From contig JBILQJ010000005.1 in the NCBI GenBank assembly GCA_044373325.1, positions 656 to 64,655 on the forward strand: a stretch of DNA of 64,000 bases, read 5' to 3'. Under the pieces are notes generated by a model that saw only the letters and a list, made by a program, of their open reading frames with translations, did no database searches and was not told the DNA's origin. This DNA is from Burkholderiales bacterium (GTDB lineage Bacteria; Pseudomonadota; Gammaproteobacteria; Burkholderiales; JBILQJ01). This document shows, in pieces, positions 21,930 through 31,280 of this stretch. The translations under genes and the position numbers were made by a program. The first letter of the stretch is position 1; each line of letters starts with the position of its first letter.

Positions 21930-23363
21930 ATGTCATCTGTCTTTGACGTTGTTGTGATAGGCGCTGGTCCTGGCGGATATGTTGCGGCCATTCGGGCGGC
22001 ACAATTGGGCTTTAATACCGCTTGCATCGATAATTTTGTGGGCAAAAATGGCGAGCCTGCGTTAGGTGGCACCTGCTTAAATGTTGGCTGTATCCCTTCC
22101 AAAGCGCTTTTGCAGTCGTCTGAAAATTTTCACGCTTTACAACATGATTTTGCAGAACATGGCATCAGCGTCACAGGTGCCAGCTTTGATGCCAGCACCA
22201 TGTTGGCTCGTAAAGATGGCATAGTGACCAAATTAACCCAAGGCATTGCTTATTTGTTCAAAAAGAATAAAGTCACCCCTGTTTTTGGTACAGGTCGTTT
22301 ATTAAAACAAGAAGGCGATGCTTGGTTGATTGCGGTGGACAACAACGGCGAAACCCAGCAAATTGTCGCCAAACACGTCATTATTGCAACGGGCTCTCGT
22401 CCAAGAACTTTGGCGGATACGCCCATCGATAATCGCTTGGTTTTAGATAATGAAGGTGCCTTGAATCTTGCTGCCACGCCTGCACGCTTGGGTGTGATTG
22501 GTGCGGGCGTGATAGGCTTAGAAATGGGATCGGTCTGGAAACGGGTTGGTTCTGACGTGACGATTTTAGAAGCGGCGCCCACTTTTTTAGCCGCCGCCGA
22601 TCAACAAATTGCCAAAGAAGCTTATAAAACCTTAACCAAAGACACGGGTTTGGACATACAATTGGGCGTTAAAATTGGCCAAATTGAAGTGGGAATAGAC
22701 AGCGTGACCGTTAACTATGCCACGCCAGAAGGCCAAAACATCAGCAAAACGTTTGATAAATTGATTGTTTCTATCGGTCGCGTGCCCAACACACAGGGTT
22801 TGGGGGCGGCCGAAGCGGGTTTGGGCTTAGACGAGCGAGGTTATGTTGTGGTTGATGAAGCCTGTGCCACGAATTTGCCTAATGTTTGGGCGATCGGTGA
22901 TGTGGTGCGCGGACCTATGTTGGCGCATAAAGCCTCAGAAGAGGGCGTGGCTGTCGCCGAACGCCTTGCTGGGCAAAAACCACACATCGATTTTAATTGC
23001 ATTCCTTGGGTCATTTACACCAGTCCAGAAATCGCTTGGGTAGGTCAAACAGAAGAACAATTGAAAGCAGCTGGCATCGACTACAAAAAAGGCAGTTCGG
23101 GCTTTGCGGCCAACGGTCGGGCTTTGGGTTTGGGTCATGCGGCTGGCACGGTTAAAATTTTGGCTTGTGCCAAAACCGATCGGATTTTAGGCTTGCACAT
23201 GATAGGCCCTATGGTGTCAGAATTGGTGACTGAAGGCGTTTTGGCGATGGAGTTTAGAGCCGCCTCTGAAGATTTGGCTCGTATAGTTCATGCGCACCCG
23301 TCTTTGTGCGAAGTGATACACGAAGCGGCTTTGGCCGTTGATAAACGCCCTTTGCATGGTTAA
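21930..23363 (+). CDS. lpdA: Dihydrolipoyl dehydrogenase (E3)
   Basis: [24 protein letters not shown]. Confidence 0.97.
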   Translation: MSSVFDVVVIGAGPGGYVAAIRAAQLGFNTACIDNFVGKNGEPALGGTCLNVGCIPSKALLQSSENFHALQHDFAEHGISVTGASFDASTMLARKDGIVTKLTQGIAYLFKKNKVTPVFGTGRLLKQEGDAWLIAVDNNGETQQIVAKHVIIATGSRPRTLADTPIDNRLVLDNEGALNLAATPARLGVIGAGVIGLEMGSVWKRVGSDVTILEAAPTFLAAADQQIAKEAYKTLTKDTGLDIQLGVKIGQIEVGIDSVTVNYATPEGQNISKTFDKLIVSIGRVPNTQGLGAAEAGLGLDERGYVVVDEACATNLPNVWAIGDVVRGPMLAHKASEEGVAVAERLAGQKPHIDFNCIPWVIYTSPEIAWVGQTEEQLKAAGIDYKKGSSGFAANGRALGLGHAAGTVKILACAKTDRILGLHMIGPMVSELVTEGVLAMEFRAASEDLARIVHAHPSLCEVIHEAALAVDKRPLHG

Positions 23364-23410
23364 TGAAGCACCGATTTGAATGATATTGATAAACGTCTTG
23401 TTATAAAAAG

Positions 23411-23464
23411 CATTGTGGCCAACCTTTTTACCCTAAAAACAAGGGAAAAAGGTTGGCCACAATG
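23411..23464. terminator. Inverted variant-motif pair between convergent lpdA and the DUF484 gene
   Basis: CATTGTGGCCAACCTTTTT / AAAAAGGTTGGCCACAATG. Confidence 0.8.
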
Positions 23465-23484
23465 TTTTGTATGTGTGATTTACT

Positions 23485-24066
23485 TTATTCTTTGAGTCGA
23501 TTGACCGCTGCGCTGACCAATTCGCCCATTTTTTGTAAATAATGGTGGTCAGCATTCGCCTGAAAGTGTTGCCCATCTTCGCTGGCAAACACTAATAAAC
23601 CTAATGTTTGCTTTGATTTTCCAGCAGGATGGACGGTAAATAAAGGCAGTTGAGCAAACGATTGTAGCTTGATTTTTTGAGGAAAAAGCGCAATCACGCT
23701 GGCATGGGCATAATACCCGCATAAGGGTTCATGCATGGATTGTGTTGCGCTGATTAATGCAGGATTGATGGCTTTTGCATGACTTTTTTTGTGAAATAAG
23801 GCCAGTTCAACGTGAGGCAATTGAAAGTGTTCAAGCAGCAAAGCACGCACTTGATTGCGTAGTTGCTGAAGGGTGTTGGCTTGCAAACACACTAAAGCCA
23901 ATTTATGCAAGCCATTGATAATATGTTCATTATCTTTGGCTCGACTTAATAACGTCGATAAATTATTTTCTAAAATCAGCTGTTTTTCTTGTAAACGCAG
24001 GAAACGATGGTCATCTAAAGAGATGATGTCTGTATTCGTTGGTTGATTGATCAGCATTGAGGTCAT
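23485..24066 (-). CDS. DUF484 (YigA-like) protein
   Basis: IISL...RL coiled coil, SFAQLPL, GLLVFASED...F; directly downstream of dapF. Confidence 0.8.
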   Translation of the reverse strand: MTSMLINQPTNTDIISLDDHRFLRLQEKQLILENNLSTLLSRAKDNEHIINGLHKLALVCLQANTLQQLRNQVRALLLEHFQLPHVELALFHKKSHAKAINPALISATQSMHEPLCGYYAHASVIALFPQKIKLQSFAQLPLFTVHPAGKSKQTLGLLVFASEDGQHFQANADHHYLQKMGELVSAAVNRLKE

Positions 24067-24092
24067 AAATGGCGTCGCCTTTTTTGTCGTTG

Positions 24093-24938
24093 TTAAACAG
24101 AAATTACGCCGTCAAACACTTTAACGGCGGGGCCTGTCATGACAACAGGATGTCCCATACCTTGCCATGAAATGGTGAGTTCGCCACCCCGCATACGAAC
24201 CGTAACGGGTGAAGCAACCAGCCCGCGTTGTATGGCGGCAACGGCAGCCGCGCAAGCACCAGAGCCACAGGCGGCGGTTTCTCCTGCACTGCGTTCAAAA
24301 ACGCGCAATTGTAAAGTATGCGCATCGATGGGCGTAAAAAATCCCACATTAACGCGTTGAGGAAAACGCGGGTGATGTTCTAAGGCCAGTCCCAAGGGTT
24401 GAATGTCCAAATTTAAAACATCCTCAACCAATAGCACCGCATGAGGATTGCCCATAGACAAGGCGGACAGCAGATAAGTATGGTCATCGACCGCTACGTC
24501 ATAAGTTAATGCCATTTTTGGCGCAACAAAAGGAATGGCTGTCGGTTCAAATACGGGTGCGCCCATGTCAACACTGACCAAATCATGATCAAGCAATTGC
24601 AAAACGATAACCCCTTTCGCAGTTTCAACGAGCAAGCTTTTTTTGTCGCTTAGTCCCTGATCGGCGATGAATCTGGCAAAGCAGCGCGCACCGTTGCCGC
24701 ATTGTTCGACTTCGCTGCCATCGGCATTAAAAATGCGATATTTAAAATCATGCTCGGCCGAAATGGCGCGTTCTATCACCAATAGTTGATCAAAACCCAC
24801 CCCTAAAGTGCGGTTGCCAAGCGTAGAAATCTGCTCTGGGGTAAATGATAAATTCTGATTTATTCCATCTAATACCATGAAATCATTGCCTAAACCATGC
24901 ATCTTTGTGAAGTGAAGTTGGGTCATTTTCGGGTCCAT
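24093..24938 (-). CDS. dapF: Diaminopimelate epimerase
   Basis: FTKMHGLGNDF, EQCGNGARC, MGNPH, ERSAGETAACGSG. Confidence 0.97.
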   Translation of the reverse strand: MDPKMTQLHFTKMHGLGNDFMVLDGINQNLSFTPEQISTLGNRTLGVGFDQLLVIERAISAEHDFKYRIFNADGSEVEQCGNGARCFARFIADQGLSDKKSLLVETAKGVIVLQLLDHDLVSVDMGAPVFEPTAIPFVAPKMALTYDVAVDDHTYLLSALSMGNPHAVLLVEDVLNLDIQPLGLALEHHPRFPQRVNVGFFTPIDAHTLQLRVFERSAGETAACGSGACAAAVAAIQRGLVASPVTVRMRGGELTISWQGMGHPVVMTGPAVKVFDGVISV

Positions 24939-25034
24939 TCAAATATAAAATAAGTCCCCATTATAACTAAGAAGTTTGCCTATAGGTGGTTTAGTCTGCG
25001 CCCGAAAATCGTTGTGCCTAAGAGGATGTTTTCC

Positions 25035-25071
25035 TTGCCCTCTATCGGGGATTGAAGGTATAATCCGCCCC
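25035..25071 (+). promoter_or_regulatory. Sigma70-like promoter with GC-rich discriminator upstream of the rpsU leader
   Basis: TTGCCC-N18-TATAAT-CCGCCCC. Confidence 0.5.
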
Positions 25072-25260
25072 TGATTTTACATTTAGCCGTTAAGACTAAC
25101 TCTAACTGATTCGACACTATCGAGGGTACAAGCCCGTGTCGATGGCTCAAAAACGCTGCTACGCAACCCTGCAAACGCTTGAGCATATAAGGAGGTGATT
25201 CCCTAGCATTTTATGTTTTATTAGTCCCAAGCCTAAGCAATGACTAAACAGCATAAAATA

Positions 25261-25307
25261 ACCTAATCAAGTAAAGTAATTGTTTCAATTGCTTTACTTG
25301 ATTAGGT
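25261..25307. repeat. 22-bp near-perfect hairpin in the rpsU 5' region
   Basis: ACCTAATCAAGTAAAGTAATTG-TTT-CAATTGCTTTACTTGATTAGGT. Confidence 0.85.
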
Positions 25308-25404
25308 AAGATGAAACATGACGGAAGGGTTGCTGTCTGGGTTCATTCACTCAAATCAATTTAAATTGTTAAACCTCCAGTTTTAAAAATAAAAGGAATT
25401 TGTT

Positions 25405-25617
25405 ATGCCAGCTATTCGTGTAAAAGAAAATGAACCCTTCGAAGTTGCAATGCGTCGTTTTAAACGTGCTGTTGAAAAAACAGGTCTTTTAACTGATTTA
25501 CGTGCTCGCGAAGGCTACGAAAAACCAACGACCGAACGCAAACGCAAAGCAGCTGCCGCTGTTAAACGTAATCAAAAGCGCTTACGCAGCCAAATGTTGC
25601 CTCCTAAAATGTACTAA
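25405..25617 (+). CDS. rpsU: 30S ribosomal protein S21
   Basis: [21 protein letters not shown]...[11 protein letters not shown]. Confidence 0.98.
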   Translation: MPAIRVKENEPFEVAMRRFKRAVEKTGLLTDLRAREGYEKPTTERKRKAAAAVKRNQKRLRSQMLPPKMY

Positions 25618-25646
25618 TTTGTTCACGCAGATTCATACTTTTAGGC

Positions 25647-25698
25647 CATAAAAAAATCCTTTTCGACACTTTTTAGTCTCGAAAAGGATTTTTTTATG
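25647..25698 (+). terminator. rpsU intrinsic terminator
   Basis: CATAAAAAAATCCTTTTCGA / TCGAAAAGGATTTTTTTATG. Confidence 0.8.
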
Positions 25699-25722
25699 CA
25701 GTTTAAAGCGCGGTTTAAAAAA

Positions 25723-25772
25723 TTTGCGGCCAACCTTTTTGCCTGATTTTCAGCGCAAAGGTTGGCCGCAAA
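25723..25772. terminator. Inverted motif pair at the end of dnaN
   Basis: TTTGCGGCCAACCTTT / AAAGGTTGGCCGCAAA. Confidence 0.78.
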
Positions 25773-25777
25773 GTGAA

Positions 25778-26881
25778 TTAAATGCGCATCGGCATGACCA
25801 CATATTTGAAACTGGTATTCTCTGGCAAGGTAAATAAGGCCGAACGACTGGCATCACCAAAAGCCAGTTGAACCTCTTCTGCACTGACATTGCTTAAAAC
25901 GTCTTGGATGTATTGTATATTGAAACCGATATCAATTTCGTCTCCAGTGTATGCAATTTCTAACTCATCTTGCGCTTCTTCTTGTTCATTATTGGTACAA
26001 AATATCGACATTGTGCCTGCTTTTAGCACAATACGCATGCCCCTAAATTTTTCATTGGCCAAAATAGAGGCTCTTTTTAACGATTGCAAAAAGGCCAAAC
26101 GGTTCACCATTAAAATATTTTGGTTGTCCAGTGGAATGACACGTTTGTAATCGGGAAACTTGCCATCTATGACTTTGCTGACCATAACGGTAGAACCAAA
26201 CGTAAAACGAACTTGATTCGTTAATAATTCAACCTGTATTAAATCGTCGCTGTCTTGCAAGGCTTTTGATAATTCTTGTATGGTTTTTCTGGGTAAAATC
26301 ACATCCGTTTTTTCTAAATTGCCGTCTATGGTCGCACTGGCAAACGCCAAACGATGCGCATCTGTGCTGACTAAACGTACTTCGTTGCCTTCGGCTTGCA
26401 TGAGTAAGCCATTGAGGTAATAACGAATGTCTTGAGTCGCCATGGCGTACTGCACCAAATGGATTAGGCTTTTAAGTTCGCGCTGTGGCATGCTAAATTC
26501 GGCTTGAACGGCACTGATTTTAACCAAAGGAAAATCATCGCCAGGAAGACATTGCAAATTAAAGCGGCTTTTTCCTGCTTTGATGGTGAGTTTGTCGTCT
26601 TTGCTTTCTAAAGTAACTTCAGCTTTGTCGGCCGTGCTGCTTAAAATGTCTTTTAATTTGGCCGCAGAAGTGGTGATGCTAAAATCATCGCCCAACATTT
26701 CTTGCGGTAATTGAGTGGTGATTTCAATTTCTAAATCAGAGGCCACAAAACGCAAAATGCCTTGGCGTCTTTCAATTAAAACATTGGATAAAATGGCCAT
26801 GGTATGACGTTTTTCAACAATACCAATCACTGCCAAAAGCGGCTTGAGTAGGGTGTCTCGTTCGGTTTTAATTAATATCAT
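25778..26881 (-). CDS. dnaN: DNA polymerase III beta clamp
   Basis: ILSNVLI, DIRYYLNG, GKFPDY, YVVMPMRI. Confidence 0.98.
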   Translation of the reverse strand: MILIKTERDTLLKPLLAVIGIVEKRHTMAILSNVLIERRQGILRFVASDLEIEITTQLPQEMLGDDFSITTSAAKLKDILSSTADKAEVTLESKDDKLTIKAGKSRFNLQCLPGDDFPLVKISAVQAEFSMPQRELKSLIHLVQYAMATQDIRYYLNGLLMQAEGNEVRLVSTDAHRLAFASATIDGNLEKTDVILPRKTIQELSKALQDSDDLIQVELLTNQVRFTFGSTVMVSKVIDGKFPDYKRVIPLDNQNILMVNRLAFLQSLKRASILANEKFRGMRIVLKAGTMSIFCTNNEQEEAQDELEIAYTGDEIDIGFNIQYIQDVLSNVSAEEVQLAFGDASRSALFTLPENTSFKYVVMPMRI

Positions 26882-26982
26882 TATAAAAAGTCCTTAAAAA
26901 ATAAAGATTAAACAGGTATTTAGAAAGCGTGTTAGCCAACTGGGATAAGGTGTAGCGAAAAGCTTGATTTTACAAGGAATGT

Positions 26983-28386
26983 TTAATTTTGCAACATATG
27001 ACTTAAGGCCAAATAGGCGCGATCGAGTTCGCTGTCTTCGGCTCTTAATTTCACCACAGTTTTACAAGCATGAATGACCGTTGTGTGATCTCTGCCGCCA
27101 AAGGCTGCTCCAATAGAAGGCAAAGATAACGTGGTCAACTCTTTAGACAAGGCCATGGCAATTTGGCGGGGGCGTGCAATGTCACGATTGCGTTTCTTGC
27201 CTAAAATTTCAGCCAGTTTGACGTGGTAGAAATCCGCAACTGTTTTTTGAATTTCATCCAAACTGATTTGTCGATTGTTGGCCGCCAGTAAGTCTTTTAA
27301 AGCTTCTTTGGCCAAAGCTAAAGTAATGGGCTGATGAAGAAAACGAGAATGTGCCACGACTTTTTTGAGCGCACCTTCTAATTCTCGCACATTGGCTCGA
27401 ATGTTTTGGGCAATGAAAAAAGCAATGTCTTGATCCAAAGATAATCCTTCTGCAGAGGCTTTTTTTAATAGAATGGCCACCCGCATTTCAGGTTCTGGCG
27501 GTTCAATTTCAATGCTGATGCCGTAAGAAAAACGAGAAATTAAGCGCTCTTCCATTTTTTCTAAATGGCGTGGAAACGTATCGCTGGTCATGACAATTTG
27601 TTTGCCATTTTCAAACAAGGTATTGAATAAATAGAAAAATTCTTCTTGGGTTCGGTCTTTTCCGCCGATAAATTGAATGTCGTCCAGTAACAACAAATCA
27701 ATGGAATGATAAAAGCGTTTGAAATCATCAAACGTGCGATGTTGAGCGGCTTTCATTAAGTCGCGTACATATTGCTCGGCATGAATGTATCGAATGTTTA
27801 GACGGCTGTTTTGCTTAAAGGCATGGTTGCCTATGGCCTGTAAAATGTGAGTTTTACCTAACCCTACGCCACCATAAATAAAGAAAGGATTGTGCGCTTT
27901 ATCACCAAGGTTGGCCGCAACGTGTTGGGCAATGACGGAAGCTAATTCGTTCGACTTTCCCGTCACCAAAGTTTCAAACGTATGGTTGGATTGTAAACGC
28001 GTTCCTTCTCGGTTGCTTAAAATTCTGGCGACGGCTTCTTCTTTGTCGATTTCTTTTGGGGGTGTTGCTTTGCTGGTCTGTTCTATAAGGGGTTCGGCTA
28101 TGCTTTTGGCGGTTGTTTTGGCGGTTTGTTGGCCGTGATTTTTATTAACGCCAACTTTGAGCTCTATCAGCGGAACGAGAGGGTAATCTGCTGAAAATAA
28201 GGCCTGAATGCGGCTTAAATAACGCTCTTTGACAAAGCGTAAAACAAAATTATTCGGGGCATATAAGATAAAAATCCCTGCTTCTTCGGCAGGAATTAAG
28301 GGCATTAGCCAAGTTTTAATCTGTTGTTCTGGCATTTCTTTTGATAAGACAAGCAAATAATTTTGCCATAATTGAGTAACATTCAT
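26983..28386 (-). CDS. dnaA: Chromosomal replication initiator
   Basis: YGGVGLGKTH, LLLDDIQF, NVRELEGAL, GGRDHTTV. Confidence 0.99.
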   Translation of the reverse strand: MNVTQLWQNYLLVLSKEMPEQQIKTWLMPLIPAEEAGIFILYAPNNFVLRFVKERYLSRIQALFSADYPLVPLIELKVGVNKNHGQQTAKTTAKSIAEPLIEQTSKATPPKEIDKEEAVARILSNREGTRLQSNHTFETLVTGKSNELASVIAQHVAANLGDKAHNPFFIYGGVGLGKTHILQAIGNHAFKQNSRLNIRYIHAEQYVRDLMKAAQHRTFDDFKRFYHSIDLLLLDDIQFIGGKDRTQEEFFYLFNTLFENGKQIVMTSDTFPRHLEKMEERLISRFSYGISIEIEPPEPEMRVAILLKKASAEGLSLDQDIAFFIAQNIRANVRELEGALKKVVAHSRFLHQPITLALAKEALKDLLAANNRQISLDEIQKTVADFYHVKLAEILGKKRNRDIARPRQIAMALSKELTTLSLPSIGAAFGGRDHTTVIHACKTVVKLRAEDSELDRAYLALSHMLQN

Positions 28387-28557
28387 GCAATTGTAACCTT
28401 GTTTTTTGTAACAGACCTTAAGCCTTTAAACCTAAAAGCTGATTTTATTATTTTGATTTGAATGACAAAGTCCTTTATTTTAGGCTTTGCCTACCTCAGG
28501 CAAATTGACCAGCATTCACTTTAATGTAAAGCGCTATCTTACTCTAAATTGTTGGAC

Positions 28558-28580
28558 TTATCCACAGCGTTTTATCCACA
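28558..28580 (+). promoter_or_regulatory. Two perfect DnaA boxes in the dnaA-rpmH intergenic region
   Basis: TTATCCACA at 28558-28566 and 28572-28580. Confidence 0.85.
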
Positions 28581-28598
28581 GTCGATTTAAAACAAACA

Positions 28599-28627
28599 TT
28601 GACAAAAACACTATTTAGCTGTTTAAT
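28599..28627 (+). promoter_or_regulatory. rpmH promoter
   Basis: TTGACA-N17-TTTAAT. Confidence 0.65.
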
Positions 28628-28684
28628 GTTGCGTTTTGTAGCACTCAACAAGCCTAGCTTTTTTTATTTACAGGATATTTTCTA

Positions 28685-28819
28685 ATGAAACGTACATACC
28701 AACCTTCAGTCATCAAACGTAAACGCACTCACGGCTTCCGTGTTCGCATGAAAACCCGTGGTGGTCGCGCCGTGATTCGTGCTCGTCGTGCCAAAGGCCG
28801 CGCTCGTTTAGCTGTATAA
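28685..28819 (+). CDS. rpmH: 50S ribosomal protein L34 (not in ORF track)
   Basis: Manual translation [44 protein letters not shown]. Confidence 0.98.
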   Translation: MKRTYQPSVIKRKRTHGFRVRMKTRGGRAVIRARRAKGRARLAV

Positions 28820-28829
28820 TACACTGACC

Positions 28830-29168
28830 GTGTATCGTTTTCGAACCAAGCAGCGTCTTTTAAAAACGGGTGAGTTTTCATCCGTTTTTAATTTTAGGCG
28901 CTCAAAAAGTAGTGCTTTGTTCCAAGTGTTTGCTATTCCAAATGAGCTTGGATTTGCCCGATTGGGTTTGGTGGTGAGTAAAAAAGTCGCCAAACGAGCG
29001 GTGTCTAGAAATTACATAAAAAGACTCGCCAGAGAAGGCTTTCGATTGAATCAACACGATTTACCCTCTGTGGATTATGTTGTACGAGCCAAAAAGAAAT
29101 TACTTAAGGGAGAAGGGTTGGCCGCACAAGCCGATTTGTTGACTTTAATGAAAAAAATCATTTTATGA
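28830..29168 (+). CDS. rnpA: Ribonuclease P protein component
   Basis: [26 protein letters not shown]; conserved position after rpmH. Confidence 0.95.
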   Translation: MYRFRTKQRLLKTGEFSSVFNFRRSKSSALFQVFAIPNELGFARLGLVVSKKVAKRAVSRNYIKRLAREGFRLNQHDLPSVDYVVRAKKKLLKGEGLAAQADLLTLMKKIIL

Positions 29169-29377
29169 TAACGACTTTACTTTGCTTTGTAATCAGAGCT
29201 TATCAATTGTTGATTAGTCCTTATTTACCAGCACGTTGTCGCTATTTACCGACTTGTTCAGCGTATGCTTTGGCCGCCCTAAAAAAACATGGGGGGGCTA
29301 AAGGCACGTATTTGTCTTTTAAAAGAGTGTGTCGTTGTCATCCTTGGGGTGGCTCTGGCCATGATCCTGTGCCGTAA
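29165..29377 (+). CDS. yidD: Membrane protein insertion efficiency factor
   Basis: [29 protein letters not shown]. Confidence 0.95.
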   Translation: MITTLLCFVIRAYQLLISPYLPARCRYLPTCSAYALAALKKHGGAKGTYLSFKRVCRCHPWGGSGHDPVP

Positions 29378-29442
29378 TTTAACCTTAAAAGATTGATATG
29401 TGTTTTATTTTCAACCATAACGTTCAAAGATAGAAAAATTCA

Positions 29443-31155
29443 ATGGAAAACAAGAAAAATCTGATGCTATTTGTGGTTTTAGCCATAACGATACTTTTAG
29501 TTTGGGAAAATTACTTTGCGCCGCCGAAACCTGTCGTGCCTGTGGCCCAAAGTCAAAATACATCGACTAATGAGGGCAAAGCGCCGATTTCTGGGGACAT
29601 CAATGCCAGCAAATTGGCAATGGGTGGTCAACGTGTTTTGGTGGATACAGGTGTTTTAAAAGTAGAAATTGATACAACGGGCGGTGATATCCGTTATGTC
29701 GAGTTGCTAAAACATCAAGGTACGAGTGATGCCTCTCGTTCGGTTAATCTGTTGTCCGATAAAGATGGACACGTTTTTGTCGCTCAAACGGGTTTGCAAT
29801 TGGCCAACGTACCAGATGCTTTGCCGACACATAAAACTTTGTTTTCAAGTGAACAATTGAATTACGTGATGACGGGCGATACCTTGAGCGTTAAGTTAAA
29901 TGCGCCAGAAATGAATGGCGTTAAAGTCACTAAAATCTTTGAGTTCAATAAAGCCCAGCCTTATCAAATTGCCGTGAAGTATCAAATTGTGAATGGCAGT
30001 GATAAAGCCATCGAGCCGAAAGCGTATTACAGTTTTTTGCGTGATGAAAAAGCGGTTGATGGCAAAAGTTATTTTGATAACACCTACATGGGGCCAGCTG
30101 TTTTTAGTCAAACCGAGGGTAAAGGTGAATTTCAAAAAGTTGATTTTGCCAGCATCAAAAAAGGAAGTACCGATTTTAATGCCCATCCAGAGAATGGTTG
30201 GATAGGCATCATCCAACATTATTTTTCTTCGGTTTGGTTGTTGTCCCCTAAAAATGGCGACAACGTTTGCGCCGCTAAAAATACTTGCTTGTTCCAAATG
30301 ACCGAAGAAAATGGCGGCTTTTACCGTGCCAGTGTTTGGGTTAATTTGCCTAGCATTGCGGTTCAAGGCACTCACACTTTATCTTTGCCTTTGTATGTTG
30401 GACCTTTGGATTTGAAAGGGACGGAAGCGATTGCTGAAGGGCTGGTGTTGGCTAAGGACTACGGCATCTTTTATATTTTCGCAACGCCATTGTTTTGGGT
30501 GATAGATCAATTACATGGTTTGGTTGGCAACTGGGGTTGGGCGATTGTATTATTAACGGTCATGCTCAAAGCTGTGTTTTTCCCTTTGACGGCGGCTTCG
30601 TATAAATCGATGGCCAAAATGCGTGTTCTTGCACCTCGCATGGCTACCTTAAAAGACACTTATGGCGCTGATCGCATGAAATATCAGCAAGCCGTGATGG
30701 ATATGTACAAAACAGAAAAAGTGAATCCTATGGGCGGGTGTTTGCCGATTTTGATTCAAATTCCAGTGTTTATGGGCTTGTATTGGTCTTTGTTGGCTTC
30801 TGTTGAATTGCGTGGCGCGCCTTGGGTGTTGTGGATACAAGATTTGGCGCGACCAGATCCGTATTATATTTTGCCGATTATTATGGCGGCGACCATGATA
30901 TTACAAACGTATTTGAACCCACCGCCCGCTGATCCTATGCAGGCCAAAATGATGAAAATCATGCCTGTGATTTTTTCGGTGATGTTCTTCTTTTTCCCTG
31001 CTGGATTGGTTTTATATTGGGTTGTGAATAATATTTTGTCGATGACTCAACAATATTTTATTAACAAAACGATAGAAGCCAACGCAAAAGCAGCAAAAAT
31101 CGATAAGCCTCATGCCGTCATTCATGCGAAAACCAAGAACAAAAACAAATCTTGA
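29443..31155 (+). CDS. yidC: Membrane protein insertase
   Basis: GNWGWAIV, NPMGGCLPILIQIP, GLVLYW. Confidence 0.97.
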   Translation: MENKKNLMLFVVLAITILLVWENYFAPPKPVVPVAQSQNTSTNEGKAPISGDINASKLAMGGQRVLVDTGVLKVEIDTTGGDIRYVELLKHQGTSDASRSVNLLSDKDGHVFVAQTGLQLANVPDALPTHKTLFSSEQLNYVMTGDTLSVKLNAPEMNGVKVTKIFEFNKAQPYQIAVKYQIVNGSDKAIEPKAYYSFLRDEKAVDGKSYFDNTYMGPAVFSQTEGKGEFQKVDFASIKKGSTDFNAHPENGWIGIIQHYFSSVWLLSPKNGDNVCAAKNTCLFQMTEENGGFYRASVWVNLPSIAVQGTHTLSLPLYVGPLDLKGTEAIAEGLVLAKDYGIFYIFATPLFWVIDQLHGLVGNWGWAIVLLTVMLKAVFFPLTAASYKSMAKMRVLAPRMATLKDTYGADRMKYQQAVMDMYKTEKVNPMGGCLPILIQIPVFMGLYWSLLASVELRGAPWVLWIQDLARPDPYYILPIIMAATMILQTYLNPPPADPMQAKMMKIMPVIFSVMFFFFPAGLVLYWVVNNILSMTQQYFINKTIEANAKAAKIDKPHAVIHAKTKNKNKS

Positions 31156-31280
31156 TTTTGCCGTGAGTTGAGTGGGAAATATATCGAAAAATGTAAGCAG
31201 ATTGCGGCCAACCTTGTTTTGTCAAAAAGCAAGCCGAGCCGCAATTTTTTATTGGTTCGTTTTTTATCAGGAGTCCAAAA

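Noticed and set aside
22115-22124. GTCGTCTGAA, matching a known Neisseria DUS dialect core
   Set aside because: Only one copy was noticed, inside conserved lpdA codons, which is consistent with chance.
24980-25186. 68-aa minus-strand ORF; also considered the region as tmRNA, RNase P RNA, 6S RNA or a lysine riboswitch
   Set aside because: No recognisable protein features, and the diagnostic sequences of those RNAs are not seen. Kept only as an unknown structured leader.
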